Shown piece by piece: positions 27,301 to 37,200 of a DNA stretch of 64,000 nt. The translations under genes were made by a program, and so were the position numbers. Source of the DNA: Giardia intestinalis. Its lineage: Eukaryota. The notes beneath the pieces were generated by a model, which saw only the letters and a list, made by a program, of their open reading frames with translations, was not told where the DNA came from and searched no databases. Positions within the stretch are counted from its first letter, which is position 1. Every line of letters begins with the position of its first letter. The stretch lies in the NCBI GenBank assembly GCA_000002435.2, contig CM018789.1, one strand, 5' to 3'.

Positions 27301-30077
27301 TTTGCCACCGCTCTGCGCATGGCGGTACGTGTGTATGGGGCCAAAAAACCGATTGATGGGAGAGCTATAGTGTTTGGGAGTGGTTGATTAAAAGAATTAG
27401 GTAGTAGCACATCTGGTAGAAATACCGCCTCCGGTATTACGGGGAACAGATGCAGAAATACATTATCACTTGTACGAGGGGTTGTTTTTTCTCGGACAGC
27501 TGGTGAGGTGTCAGACTGTGAGTTATCTGTATCCCACCGGCTTCTGAATTCCCTACGAGGAGCAATACTGGCCCGCCTGTACGACTCTAAGGACATAAAG
27601 TTCAGTAGCACAGGATCTTGTAGGACTTTGAGTGATATGTCTGCAAAGCATGACGCCTTGTTGTTTGTGCACAGCGAATCATAATTAGCAGTGTTAAGAA
27701 CCTCTTCAACGGGATAGGGCTGGGTGGTCCGTATGTCATAGGCGAGACTATAAATCAGTAGCTTCATCAGTATGTAGACAAGCTCCGGTCTGGGAAGAAC
27801 CTCGAAGAAGTAACTGTTCTCACAAATAATGTCATGCCTAGCGCCCCTCAGCAAGCCCTGAACAGAGCAGCGCAATCTGTAAGGTAAAGGAAGCAGATTA
27901 TAGCATGGGGGCAGCAGTTCATAAATGCTGTGGTGCGGGCTTTTAGCTATCGAGTGAGACTGTAGGAGATTAACGAACATATCTGTATTGATCAGCTCAG
28001 AGATAAAGATGTCTTGTGGGATGTCTGTGAAGAAGTCCTGTGTTGAAAACGCATCATTGTACCCCGTCACTTGATTGATAAAGAAGATCCGGTTATCTGT
28101 GTTGATAGTCTGGGCGTTTGTTTGCCTAGTGACGCGCACAGGCGTCGTCTTTTTCGTAGGCTTAGCGCAACGATGCTGTTCCTTTACAGAGGGATATCTG
28201 CTGGGAAGCTTAAGGGCAGCGGGCTGTGTCTCTGGATTAGTTGCGCTACTTGCCGAGGTTGAGGGAGCATCGCAAATAATCTCGTAGAAGTTACTGAGTA
28301 TACCATTTAATAGACTCAACCCAGGATTAACTAGTTCGAAAACGTGATGCTCAAACCCAAAAAATCCCATCACGGTACGCGTATAGACAATAATAGATGT
28401 GCACTCAAGACCCATGGAGTTTGCAAAATAGGACGCCATGGCGGCAAACGTTAAAATTGTTTGCAGGCATACTCCCTTGGACTTTGTGATGCTGCTATTG
28501 ACAATGTCGGCATCAACGGGATAGACAGGCTCAATTTGCTCCTTAAACATAGCGGATGCATGCGAGGAGAGATCCGTGTAGACGTAGTAAGCCTTTGTAT
28601 CCACCTTTAGCTTATGCAAGCATAGCTTAGGGCTGAAGAAGCTAGAGAGGATGTAGTCGAGTGTTGAGAATAACAGGTTGAGAAGCCCCAAGTAATTGAG
28701 CTCATCGGATAAGGTATAGACAGTCTTCGAGTTAAGCACGGACATCACCGGCCGCTGGACGTGGATCATACAGAGGAGGATGTACCGCTCGTGGATGTGA
28801 ACATTGACCTCGTACTTTACAATCGGATTGCGTTTCCTTAAGATTTCCGGATTGATCTTATTTTTTTTAGATTCGTGCAATGACTGTGACAAAGCTTCAT
28901 CGGGCATAGAAGCAGACAGAACAGAGTACAGCATACCCTGCTCATGGTTAGCATCATCATTAACATGCCTGAATGGAAGGGGTAGTAAGCACAAGGGATA
29001 TGGGAAGGCTGGATTAATGGGGGGCCTAGGAGAAAGTCCTCCACCTTGAGGATCCTTAGTAAGCATGGGAATATTTCTGGTCTGACTGTGCTGCTTCAAA
29101 TTGCTCATGGACTTCCTATGGAGGTTATAGCTCTCCGTGTCCATGAAGATAGACGACGTGGACGAGGTATACAATGTCTGCGTATAAAGGTTAGGAGTTG
29201 AAGAGGGTCCCAAGGCATACATAGAAGGAGCACTCTCAACAGAGGTTGTAGAGAGAATGGTAGGCAAGGTGTAGAGAGTATAACTTTCAAGAAATTTCCT
29301 CCTCCTAGTTGAGAGCCTGTGTTTATATGTTTGCTGAGAATAGGAAGGCATCATCCGGTATAAAAACTCCGACGGTGCAAGTGCTCGGAAGACAGACATG
29401 ACCAAATGAAGCAGGCTGTGGTTAAATGTCGTGTACTCTAGCACCTCTAGGTACGCGTCCATACGCTGAATGATGTTGCGGATAACCAGCGAGACAACTA
29501 GTGCAAACACAAGATACATGCCAAGACAGGCCAGAGACTGAAAGACGTTAGCATAGAAAAATACTGGAAGTAAGCTGAAGATGGAGCAAATATATCGGCA
29601 AAGCTCGCTGAGTGGAGAGACAGAAACGATAAGCAAATGAATCACTGCCTGACAAACATAGACAGAATACAGAATAGTAAATTCATCCGGATTGACTCCA
29701 GACAACACAGCAAAGCATGGGATAATGCCGTAGCAGACCATAAAAACATTATACCGTTGCAGAATACTGATATGCTTATTTCTGCACGAGCAGCTAAAGC
29801 GCGGATGGGGCGGGAGGAGATAAAACCCTCGAGAGCAATAGTCGCATTTATTCAATAGCCTGAGCTTCCGGAGCGCAGTAGAGCAGCATATAAGCGAGAT
29901 AATCTGTGGGAAGGCAAAAAGCATGTACCGAACCCTGGTATGATACGTCAGCTCGAAGATCGGTAGGCTGAAGAAAAGAATCAGAAAGGCCTCGAAATTC
30001 TGGATGGTGACAAGGACGTGCTGCGAGAGGATTTGCAGAAGAGGCCCCGCACCACCTAGCGCGCCAGCTAAGCGCAT
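21330..30077 (-). CDS. giant multi-pass membrane protein with degenerate nucleotidyl-cyclase-like domains (hypothetical)
   Basis: 2915 aa, ATG verified. Two clusters of TM helices (N-terminal ~260 aa and an internal ~450 aa block). After the second cluster: 'VFLFDSSISNRA' (F-x-D-I-x-G-F-T-like), 'YRIGDFIWNV' (K-T-I-G-D-x-Y-like), 'GYGIGLL', 'GDVSQLANES' (compare GDTVNLASRMES). A further C-terminal 'GIAHGLCIETILGNHGHPFCIHGAAVSKARYIAE' follows the G-I-H-x-G...G-V-I-G...Y-D-I-W-G...V-N-x-A-S-R pattern. Confidence 0.6.
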   Translation of the reverse strand: MRLAGALGGAGPLLQILSQHVLVTIQNFEAFLILFFSLPIFELTYHTRVRYMLFAFPQIISLICCSTALRKLRLLNKCDYCSRGFYLLPPHPRFSCSCRNKHISILQRYNVFMVCYGIIPCFAVLSGVNPDEFTILYSVYVCQAVIHLLIVSVSPLSELCRYICSIFSLLPVFFYANVFQSLACLGMYLVFALVVSLVIRNIIQRMDAYLEVLEYTTFNHSLLHLVMSVFRALAPSEFLYRMMPSYSQQTYKHRLSTRRRKFLESYTLYTLPTILSTTSVESAPSMYALGPSSTPNLYTQTLYTSSTSSIFMDTESYNLHRKSMSNLKQHSQTRNIPMLTKDPQGGGLSPRPPINPAFPYPLCLLPLPFRHVNDDANHEQGMLYSVLSASMPDEALSQSLHESKKNKINPEILRKRNPIVKYEVNVHIHERYILLCMIHVQRPVMSVLNSKTVYTLSDELNYLGLLNLLFSTLDYILSSFFSPKLCLHKLKVDTKAYYVYTDLSSHASAMFKEQIEPVYPVDADIVNSSITKSKGVCLQTILTFAAMASYFANSMGLECTSIIVYTRTVMGFFGFEHHVFELVNPGLSLLNGILSNFYEIICDAPSTSASSATNPETQPAALKLPSRYPSVKEQHRCAKPTKKTTPVRVTRQTNAQTINTDNRIFFINQVTGYNDAFSTQDFFTDIPQDIFISELINTDMFVNLLQSHSIAKSPHHSIYELLPPCYNLLPLPYRLRCSVQGLLRGARHDIICENSYFFEVLPRPELVYILMKLLIYSLAYDIRTTQPYPVEEVLNTANYDSLCTNNKASCFADISLKVLQDPVLLNFMSLESYRRASIAPRREFRSRWDTDNSQSDTSPAVREKTTPRTSDNVFLHLFPVIPEAVFLPDVLLPNSFNQPLPNTIALPSIGFLAPYTRTAMRRAVAKGLTHKMSSNHDNRNVVNSRSDNQLTLAKKNDKRGCSGLTNCCTDDNTLQMLCTSSDPSFTFSVRTTTNTCTNTNSGTNITGNKWLGLTDMLSESSSSFRASNSTKNSEKRAALSTVKKNKSQLSLTRFPSLTFTARNVGNLLHINPLQMLPLPKGKWKDSNADFSSRLQFFGDPSIEMQMYDSEDSSSLTQFQGTCYSTMSRHLGTFSDILKNLSNCQTLEHIYDIEFSPIDDDCLMFYGTARHVNKTSQFSGRMSAQEYYKHVLNAHTISKESIARYQEELYDGMLILFPEANDIVPRDILLINSKLLTRQLSRSVKGFLFPNKSQSLELLSNQVSDSGKSELKAIMNLAETTTATSEEILSTDVDIIELSDKDKALPYYKDQHQRFRPRTRQISKISSISAKLARSRTRDNLMRNVPHSAISSDTLVSNIQSYNPMLLEKSTSKANLSSSSQAFGNTHTSSGHGMSKPSSDHCHSNSTTVSPVTDILGQNVVIKEVHLLSSIPPSDSTLVDLDRSDDDKSLSTLELVADSTINESSSLLLETLSTRTSEDTQLSIIRGKTDNVIAEPCQQYSQSVDHVCFNVITPSLAVNQFNPSSDSGLSSSDDSLSVSSSILSNQNGDIVQASRDSEDSLDNSIFNLVSSPLDCPALTSTTYCEATCSNGELMDSTCEIDDATNQATNPAQRASTVLSVTYQKAEECIATHTTSSPCLRDITHSMTSSSYYSQSSSDEDSTDRRYTKSLESDDDIRSVVGITNLSLVDDIIFQSTSVCNSDTHTQMDFQMDRHYSVKDLHESSGNSPFQNIKLFVKKPCTDMQNSMKIAQLSRENSLEARALVAASNQPDHQCHVALTDYMVDSRSPTPFVDSSKIPDEDVATHEASSRRTKLRFSASAIVKILFAWCFRMQRLLKGVCLGPWLRKQASTFEETESYISDKENSPTRAGLPKVDISASKQTTRHVFDSIPYLNHLFETLQSTSMLLPVFSFILYKGTKRCAFLFRLMGPNFSMLNVLFQANVLLFVIQLLVLRDNTHDNGIFDLAHNYVSTLAPIPANVLKQAFCIPLRSIMVMCLKLVIRVVELLNSKLQWALLHRICISIRGAVENILSSVALSWNSERTYFWILAQFITGKGMSISALRLIYVLVFLPTVYLIFLYYDRHARKCQTQHKIVPLELSLYALLVFINAYYIELLLNFQIIQMTRLLKTIKLCRSELKSMRDNHQLVVYTALQAACLESSVHMRGVLTKTILDFFLTLLGIVTYWFILSSVVTVPPLLLSINNIVIFICSLVMKFSVFKVAPYVLLLQALLCLFIFKYVKPFLISYILIMKAKVSILLNWYQSQRIFQFVISDHMFALLLKSLRMHENLSILKDKDGEINNEMAKNMGLRCCTLPDDSTENDVGSVSATCRRYKRLSTNNCGFIAQTHTSIRGSITDMTVFLFDSSISNRALSHRYLLYRIGDFIWNVFNEKILQPAKLYGYGIGLLSELKDPLQEHTAFGLKFVKEGDVSQLANESFSQQFSDGKCSTQLTVGTSKHICEELSHWKACPVDYFYDSTLRVSPRSASHFSPRYASSRVTQPHATLKDLRHHWKHKREDVHQLRSELKDAFAAADEFVLGYTSYNDSRTLGMRRYADVSPNSICMVISFSNLFSVEASAEGSKSTSCPGAPSSILPFRTQTNDAFYYSSIQFQIIREFIEILYLYLARFGRHIVVTLTSFYKIEMYTKCNATSCSDEMVNNVLSYVSNTQLNLLSLFKSARTMLPIAMKTLNNKYLKKIYGKEKPFISNSSLSSMNAPFGEHHRAFDSNHKLFSESMTVSVEESTAGLLSDETGASDLTNANIKYTKEELCTAVCLCDMLALGEYMRDYFVKRVRRVLSKACISIGIAHGLCIETILGNHGHPFCIHGAAVSKARYIAECVQFNSIGISDAADHIHTKLKAVLDRLVNYGSCNLDKMKERFAGKNPTLANMMSAHNLVAAYSRTLMKESYGYSVGE

Positions 30078-30129
30078 TGCAGAGATAAACGAAGAACAGA
30101 AATATTAATATTTAAAAGCTTCTGTGAGT

Positions 30130-33100
30130 TTATTGAAGAAGTCGTCTAATTATAAAGTAAAGAGCAATGCTACTACCGCCAGCGAAAGATATGGCCAAAG
30201 CTGCCCCGAGAACCACAAACTTCGCTGTGCTCATTTTTGTGGAAACACAAGCGACGATTGTACCATTATTTGTCACTGTCGTGTAACCGGCTCCGCAGCG
30301 TAGACAGACCATAGTGTCTTCAGAGCCTGCTTGGCACGTCACACAGCCCTCCATTGTTTGAATGCACATCCGACAAACATTTCCACTGATGTAATAGGAA
30401 TCGTTTGAAAGACATTCATCTGCCAACACACACATCCCGTTGAGCATATAGTAACTTGTATTGCACGATAAGCAGTAGTCTTCCGTTGGCCCCGAGCATG
30501 TAAGACACTGTGTGTGGCAAAGATGACAGCCAGGCTCATCAGACTTGTACGTGTTGAGCGAGCATGCGACGCAGTCGGCCTCTTCCGGACCAGTGCAGCT
30601 GACACACGCAGGGTGGCATGGCACACAGCGGTCCTCCAAAGCGGTGCTCCCCAGAACTAGCGCCTCACTCGAGTTGCATGTGGAATGGCAGGGCATTCCG
30701 TATGCTCCTGCGTAAGCACCACGGTAGCATTCTGTGCAGAACGTCTCCGACCTACACTCTACACAGCCACGGGGACACTTGTGCTCGCAGAGGTTACCAT
30801 CTCCGTTGTAATACCCGCTAGCACAGGCAGTGCAGTGTGCACCTGATGCCTGGGTATTACAATACCGACAATTGGCATACTGTGGCTCAGATGGGCAATT
30901 AGTGCTGGTACTAATAGTACTCTTGGCACACTTGCAATCTTCCTGTAGAGTCATACCGTCAGGACAAGTGTCACACAGTACTCCAGAGTTACACCACCAC
31001 AGCTGACTGCAAGAAAGACACTTGTGAGTATCAGGACACTTGGTGCACACGGAGTAGAACCCAATCTGTTGAAGATAGTATCCCACGTTACACACGCTGC
31101 AACTGGCGCCGTCAGAAGTACAGGATAAGCAACCATCTTCATTCTTAGTACAGATTGGTACTAAGCAGATTCCGGGTTGAGAACTGCTGGCCGATGACTT
31201 TGAATTGATGCAGGATGTGCACTTGCCTTCCTCACTACCGACGCACGTCTTGCATGAACCGTGGCAAGCTTGGCAAACCTCGAATTTTGCGCGAGTAACT
31301 TTGAAGTACCCATCTAAACATTTTGTGCAATTGCCTGATTTATCTGTGGTGCACTCCACACAATTCTTATTGTTATCGTCGTGATGATTGTTGCATCTAG
31401 GTGTCGCACATGTACCAGCAATTGGGTCCCCGAGAGGACATGACAAGCAATCCGAAGCCCCAGGACCGTTGCAAGAAAAGCAGCTCGCATGGCAAGGCCT
31501 GCAGAGTGAGTAGTCTCCGAAGGTGACCTTGTAGTACCCTTCCTCCTTGCAAGCTCGACAGCTGTTGGCCGTAGCGCATATCTGACACCCGTACGACTCG
31601 TTGCAGACAGGCTCAGGACAAGTCTTGCCACCGGTAGGCGCTGCCCCATCACTGATGCACGTTGTACACTCGTTGTTATTGGAGGCGGTGCAAGTGAGGC
31701 ACGTTTTATAGCACCGTTGACACTTTTTCTGAGTATTTAAATAGTACAGCTGATCGCATGTCTCACACTCAGATAGAGTGCCCTTGCAGGTGATGCATCC
31801 TTCCATAGGAGGACATGGAAGACACTTGCCATCAGAAAGGCCGTACCCGACAGCACATTTTGTGCATGTTGCCCCTGTCATGTCACAATCGATACAGTTC
31901 TCCATATTATTGCAACGCTCACAGACCTGGACTGAGGAGCGAGTAGTAACATGATATCCATCCTTACATCTACTACAACTTTTCCCATTACTGTCACAGG
32001 TCGCGCAGTTGTAGTTGGTATTCGTAGGGTCGTTAATCTTACAAACAGGATCAGTGCAGTGCCCATCAGCAGACGCATAAGTGGTGCAAAGCAAACAGTC
32101 AGTCTCTAACGGTCCAAAGCATGTATAGCAAGTGCTGTGACACTTTGTACAAACGTCGTATGCCCCAACCTTTTCGAGGAAGTATCCATCTTTACATTCA
32201 ACGCAATTAATCTTATCTGTAGAACATTGTATACAATTATCGTTGGTTCCGCCGACTTGTCCATTAGTCGTTGTGCATGTTGGCGGTGTGCAAGCTTTTT
32301 CGGGAGTAGCTTTACCTACAGCACACTCTATACACTCATCCTCATTTTCATTTGCGCAAGTCTTGCACAATGGACTGCACGGCCTACAAAGCTTGTACTT
32401 TCGAACTGATGCCAGATAGTATCCATTGGCGCACGTTGCACAATTATTATCGTTGCCGCAGTTATTGCAATGATAGACTGTATTTGTAGCATCATTCATT
32501 TTGCAGACGGGAACTGCGCAAGTACCGTCAGCACTGACGCCTCCCGTAGGACACGTCAAGCACTCCATTGGGCCTGGTCCTTTGCAGGTGAGACAAGTCT
32601 CATGACACTCGAAGCAGCTGTACGTGTTTGGATCGTAGTAATATGGTCCAGTGCATGATGCGCACGAGGTGGGATGATACTCATCAGGGATGCAGAACTT
32701 GTATGTAGAGTCATTACTGTCCACGCACTTTCCGTTTATTGGTAGGTAGTTAGTTGCGCAGATTTTACAATAGATCACGTTATTGTCCGAGCCGCATGAG
32801 TTACAATTGGTAAGTTGCAAGTCACACGGGCATGCGCTGGGTGGAGAAGACTCCAACTCGCCAACACGACATGTCAGACAGTCAAAGTGAGAAGGTCCTG
32901 AACACGTGCTGCAGGAGCTGTGACAGGAGAAGCAACCGAAGAATAGAGAGTCTAAATAGAAATCATCTGTACATGAGCTACAGATAGTATACCCGTTAGA
33001 CGAATCAGGAACACACTTAGAGTAATTTGCATTACTAGAATCCACGCACGCCCCATTAATCAAACGCAGATCCTTTAGACAAGCGATGCAGATGGTATCG

Positions 33101-33207
33101 TTTGGCGGATCGGCGCACTTATAACACGAATCAGTGGGTGATCCGTTGGCACACCCTGTGGCAGCGCAAAGGGCAAGAGACAGGAGAGCGGCAAACACCA
33201 TACACAT
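30130..33207 (-). CDS. high-cysteine membrane protein (HCMP; VSP-like CXXC-rich ectodomain, TM anchor, non-CRGKA tail)
   Basis: Signal peptide 'MCMVFAALLSLALCAATG'. About 12% Cys with dozens of CxxC / 'C..C..C' furin/EGF-like units. C-terminal TM 'FVVLGAALAISFAGGSSIALYFII' and tail 'RRLLQ'. No CRGKA and no GGCY motif. Confidence 0.8.
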   Translation of the reverse strand: MCMVFAALLSLALCAATGCANGSPTDSCYKCADPPNDTICIACLKDLRLINGACVDSSNANYSKCVPDSSNGYTICSSCTDDFYLDSLFFGCFSCHSSCSTCSGPSHFDCLTCRVGELESSPPSACPCDLQLTNCNSCGSDNNVIYCKICATNYLPINGKCVDSNDSTYKFCIPDEYHPTSCASCTGPYYYDPNTYSCFECHETCLTCKGPGPMECLTCPTGGVSADGTCAVPVCKMNDATNTVYHCNNCGNDNNCATCANGYYLASVRKYKLCRPCSPLCKTCANENEDECIECAVGKATPEKACTPPTCTTTNGQVGGTNDNCIQCSTDKINCVECKDGYFLEKVGAYDVCTKCHSTCYTCFGPLETDCLLCTTYASADGHCTDPVCKINDPTNTNYNCATCDSNGKSCSRCKDGYHVTTRSSVQVCERCNNMENCIDCDMTGATCTKCAVGYGLSDGKCLPCPPMEGCITCKGTLSECETCDQLYYLNTQKKCQRCYKTCLTCTASNNNECTTCISDGAAPTGGKTCPEPVCNESYGCQICATANSCRACKEEGYYKVTFGDYSLCRPCHASCFSCNGPGASDCLSCPLGDPIAGTCATPRCNNHHDDNNKNCVECTTDKSGNCTKCLDGYFKVTRAKFEVCQACHGSCKTCVGSEEGKCTSCINSKSSASSSQPGICLVPICTKNEDGCLSCTSDGASCSVCNVGYYLQQIGFYSVCTKCPDTHKCLSCSQLWWCNSGVLCDTCPDGMTLQEDCKCAKSTISTSTNCPSEPQYANCRYCNTQASGAHCTACASGYYNGDGNLCEHKCPRGCVECRSETFCTECYRGAYAGAYGMPCHSTCNSSEALVLGSTALEDRCVPCHPACVSCTGPEEADCVACSLNTYKSDEPGCHLCHTQCLTCSGPTEDYCLSCNTSYYMLNGMCVLADECLSNDSYYISGNVCRMCIQTMEGCVTCQAGSEDTMVCLRCGAGYTTVTNNGTIVACVSTKMSTAKFVVLGAALAISFAGGSSIALYFIIRRLLQ

Positions 33208-33233
33208 TTCTCATTTTTTGAAAGGATTCAGGC
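33208..33233. promoter_or_regulatory. 26-bp divergent intergenic region (HCMP vs PA2G4-like) with A/T tract
   Basis: 'ttctcattttttgaaaggattcaggc' between the two verified ATGs. Confidence 0.35.
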
Positions 33234-34232
33234 ATGGATAGACCGCTAGCAGAGATCTGTCAATCCATCCTGAAGAAGATCTTGCTGACTCTGAAGCCGG
33301 ACAAATACATATCAGAAGCAATACTCGAAGGAGAAGCAATTGCGGTTTCCGCCCTGCGCTCCGTAGACCCTGATAGTGGGCTTGCCTTTCCCTTGTCACT
33401 GAGCATTGGAAGCGTCATCGGGGACTACTCGCCGTCAGACACTATTGTCTCAACGCGCTTGCCCATGCATAAGTTGATTCGGGTTAAGATAGGGCTCTAT
33501 GTGGGCAAGAATGTTTATTACATGGGGACGACTGTTGTGTTGGGAGTGTCCGAAGGCACAGTCCCCACCTTCCCCCAGCTTACTGACAAGTCGGCCACAT
33601 GCTTGGCGGCAGCCTACATTGCATACCTTCTCATTACAAAGCAGGTAAAGAGCCAGACCCCCCTCGCTGAGGTCCGCAGCATCATCGAATCGGTCTCGCA
33701 ACACTTTGGGGTGCAGCTTCTAGAGGGGGTTGCCTCTTATTGCCTTACAGACAATGGGGTGGATCACAAGCTCGAGGTCTTCCAGAATGCCGCAGACCAA
33801 CCCTTGGTCACGGGCTTCCTGGCAGACGGAGACATCTTTGTTCTGGACATCATAGTGACAGATGCAAAAGACACCGTCCCCAAGCCTGTGCAGGAGCAGC
33901 CATATATCTACCTACCCCCGGAGCTGTCTGCCGAGGGCAAAATCTTTACCCTAGGCAAGACGGGGTTGGTTCAGAAGGAGCTGCAAGAAATGAGAAGATT
34001 CCCCCTTGCTCGGCGTCACATTTCGCAGGCCAACAGACGACAATTTGATCACTATAAGGACTCCATGCAACCGTTTGTCTTAACAAAGCTTGCATCTGGC
34101 GCGAACATAGCTCAAATACTCTCTACATTACAAATTAATTCAGCAGGTTGTCTAGTCCTTGCAGGTCCTGTTCTTCCTAATGTTGTTAAGCCCCCTGTTC
34201 AGCCAACAGAAGAAATGCGGAAGTATTTCTGA
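33234..34232 (+). CDS. PA2G4/Ebp1-like protein (M24 'pita-bread' fold, probably non-peptidase)
   Basis: 'GLAFPLSLSIGSVI...SP' (compare GIAFPTSISVNNCVCHFSP), 'KIGLYVG', 'LEGVASYCL'. C-terminal region matches the Ebp1 pattern. Metal-binding His/Glu are not evident. Confidence 0.5.
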   Translation: MDRPLAEICQSILKKILLTLKPDKYISEAILEGEAIAVSALRSVDPDSGLAFPLSLSIGSVIGDYSPSDTIVSTRLPMHKLIRVKIGLYVGKNVYYMGTTVVLGVSEGTVPTFPQLTDKSATCLAAAYIAYLLITKQVKSQTPLAEVRSIIESVSQHFGVQLLEGVASYCLTDNGVDHKLEVFQNAADQPLVTGFLADGDIFVLDIIVTDAKDTVPKPVQEQPYIYLPPELSAEGKIFTLGKTGLVQKELQEMRRFPLARRHISQANRRQFDHYKDSMQPFVLTKLASGANIAQILSTLQINSAGCLVLAGPVLPNVVKPPVQPTEEMRKYF

Positions 34233-34238
34233 GTAAAT
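34232..34238 (+). promoter_or_regulatory. putative polyadenylation signal AGTAAAT overlapping the stop codon of the PA2G4-like gene
   Basis: tGAGTAAATaaaatacttcATG matches the Giardia AGTRAAY consensus. Only 16 bp separate this stop from the next gene's ATG. Confidence 0.4.
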
Positions 34239-34248
34239 AAAATACTTC

Positions 34249-37200
34249 ATGCTCTTAAATCTAAACGGGGACTCCTTTGGAGCCGACCGTGATGGCATCT
34301 GCGTGCACTTCGTCCATCAGATCAGGCGTAAGAATGCAGCCTATGCAATTCAGATACTCTCTCTTTCGGTTTCATTAATACTTAGTTTAGTAGTGGCCAT
34401 CTCTCAACAAACAGCTGTCCAGAGTCTACGCTTCCTTGTCGCAACAACATTGGTGATGGTCCTCCATGCTTGCTTTATTATTTTTACAGAGAATTACTAC
34501 GATGTGCGTTGCCAGTGCACCTCAGAATATCACTCTATTAGATCATTTACACTTATGGACAAGCCGTGCAGCTGTTTCACAACTACTGTACCTACTACAA
34601 TCAACATGCTTAACACATTTGGATGTCTATTTTCCCTCTGGTATCTCTTGGTCTTGAAGATATATGCTACAGGGGACTTCTTCGTCTCTGTCTATGCACT
34701 CCTTTCGAGCTACTTGATAGTTAGCTTTCCTGCAGTTGTGGGTCGGCAAGGCTACCTGCATCGCGGAGTCCGAACAGGCACATTTCTCATATTCATGTTT
34801 GCCCTGGTCAAAGTGTTGAATGGATCTACTCTTCTCATTTTACTGATTAGCATTTTTCTTATCACGATTGTGTCCTCGCGCTTTTCTTTTGAGCAGCTCA
34901 ATAGGCGCCCCTTGCAATTGATTATGGATAGCCAGGCCCTGCAGCTTCTCAGCAAGCAATTCATCGCAAAAACGTTTGCTAACCTCCTGCCCCACAGAGC
35001 TCTTGACTATATCTTCCAAGACAAAGACATAAAACTTCAGGTGCACGCCGATATGTACCTCCTGGTGATAAACATCGATATACCGTGCCTCCGAAAGAAG
35101 CTTCAGAAGTACATGTATGCCGCCACCAACACGCACACAAAGCCAGCTTCTAATAATATCAGTTTTTCCCCACTGACAGACTGTTACATAAATCACATTA
35201 TAGCCAGCGTTGTCAATCAGTTCATCTCCTGCATAGATACAATCCTCCTCGACGACTTCCCTCAGCTGACAAAGGTCTACTCGAATCTAAGCACCATAAA
35301 GGTCATTGCTGGCAACTCCTTCACACAATACAACAACAGGCAAAGCCCTCAGGGCGTTGAGTTTGGTGCTGAAAGTGTTGAGCCAAAGGATTATATGAAG
35401 ATTCTGTCTACCTTCGCTCTTCTGGTTAGCAGGTGTGCTGGGATATTTGCGCTCCGTGTAGACTCAGTTATTACTTTTGGAGACCTTGCCATTGGCTTCC
35501 TGGGATCACAACATATGTCATGTTATGAAGTTTTTGGCGCCCCAGTGGCTCTGGCTACTAAGCTACATGAGAAGATAGTTGCATATAATCAGGAAACAAT
35601 AAGGCAATCGGACTCCAGTGCTGCTTCAAACACACAATCTTATGAGAGTGGCCGTGACTGGAGTAGAAGCACGACCAGTACCAACTCAGATAGCTTTGTG
35701 TCTAGCAATCATAATGCTGTGGCGACCGACGACACTAGAGATAAGCCATACGGACATTCTTCTAAGACACCCTCCACTAAGTGCTCACTCTCTCTAAGCA
35801 AAGACAGCCTTCTCTCTAGTCATGATCATGTACCCCTCTATCTAGATGTTGCTCGCTCATCTCTGGACAATGAGCCTATCCATAGTGTTGTCAACGGTAT
35901 CAAGACTGGTGCTGGTCTGAAGGCCAATTTGTTTTCTGCCTCGAATATGTCTTTTTCACAAGCGTACCACTCTGTCGCAGAACCCACAGTCGAGTTCAAT
36001 GAACTGCCGTCAAACGTCTACTTCAGTGTTGTCAATATGCTTTCACGGCCGCTAGAGGAGTATGGGAATCGCGGGACAGAGGGCAGTGACACAATCACCA
36101 GTGATGTTATCTGCTCTGATGCATTCTCCGACGACCCTCAACCGCTAACGAACGCTGACCTAGAGTCTTCGATGAACTTCCGCCGCTTCCTTGCAGCTCG
36201 AAGAGGGAACACCCGCTCTGCAATCTACTCTAGGAGACGCTCCGTCATCAAGGCTCTGAATACCACAACCTCCCCCACTGATGATGCATTTCCGCAAAAG
36301 CTTATTTCACTCCACCAGAATCCTGACTCTAGTGTCTCAATGCACTCTAAACATAGACTTCGCTCACACTCCTCGACAACACCTCAGACTATGCCCCTTA
36401 ATAGCACTTTTTTCTACAGTTCTTCTTCAACAAATAGCATGCGGCTATGGAGCCCTAAGAATCTCAAGATAGACGCCATATACGTCAACAATGCCCTCAG
36501 CCAATTAACCTATCCTTACTCGACAAAGACGCCTAGTCCAAACTTTCAAGAAGTCTGTGACATGAAGGTGTCTGTCTTCCAGGTCTCTCTTGATGGGCTC
36601 TCCACCACCCCGCTCTCAATCGAGTATCCGTCTCGGATAACACATAAGTATCGGAATTTTTTATTTTATAAGCCTCCATTGTACATGTTTTATGACAGTA
36701 TTAAACTTACCCTGCCCGGCAGCTCTCTATCTTCTAATTCGTCTACCTCATCGTCGTCCCATCATTCTCTAGGGATTTTATCTTTCACGAATCACAACTA
36801 TAGTCTGATAGTGTGTTTATTGGCTTTTGGAATAAAGCATCGCATTCTTGTTTCAGAGCAAAACGCTGCCACAAAGGCCAACCTTGGAGAGCACCGCGAC
36901 ATCGACCTAAAAGAGTATCCCAGTCTATCCATTAACAAATCTATTGACACCTCTATAGGCGAAACATTGACCTCCTCGCAGACCACCCATGATACATTCT
37001 CACTCTCTGAATGTACAGATACAATGGTCTCCAACGCGTCGATGCAGAAGGGTGAGGGGTCTCCAAAATGCGAATGCTGGGATGCAGACTCTTCCTATCA
37101 ATTGCTTCTACAGACGGAGGATCTCATCCTGCGTGCCAAGGACCCCAAATCGTCCGGATACAGGGCCCTCCGCATGCTGGATTCCATCCCTATCTATAAC

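Noticed and set aside
30130-33207. Variant-specific surface protein (VSP) call for the Cys-rich ORF
   Set aside because: It has the CXXC-rich ectodomain and a TM anchor, but the C-terminal tail is RRLLQ rather than the invariant CRGKA and there is no GGCY motif. It fits the HCMP class better.
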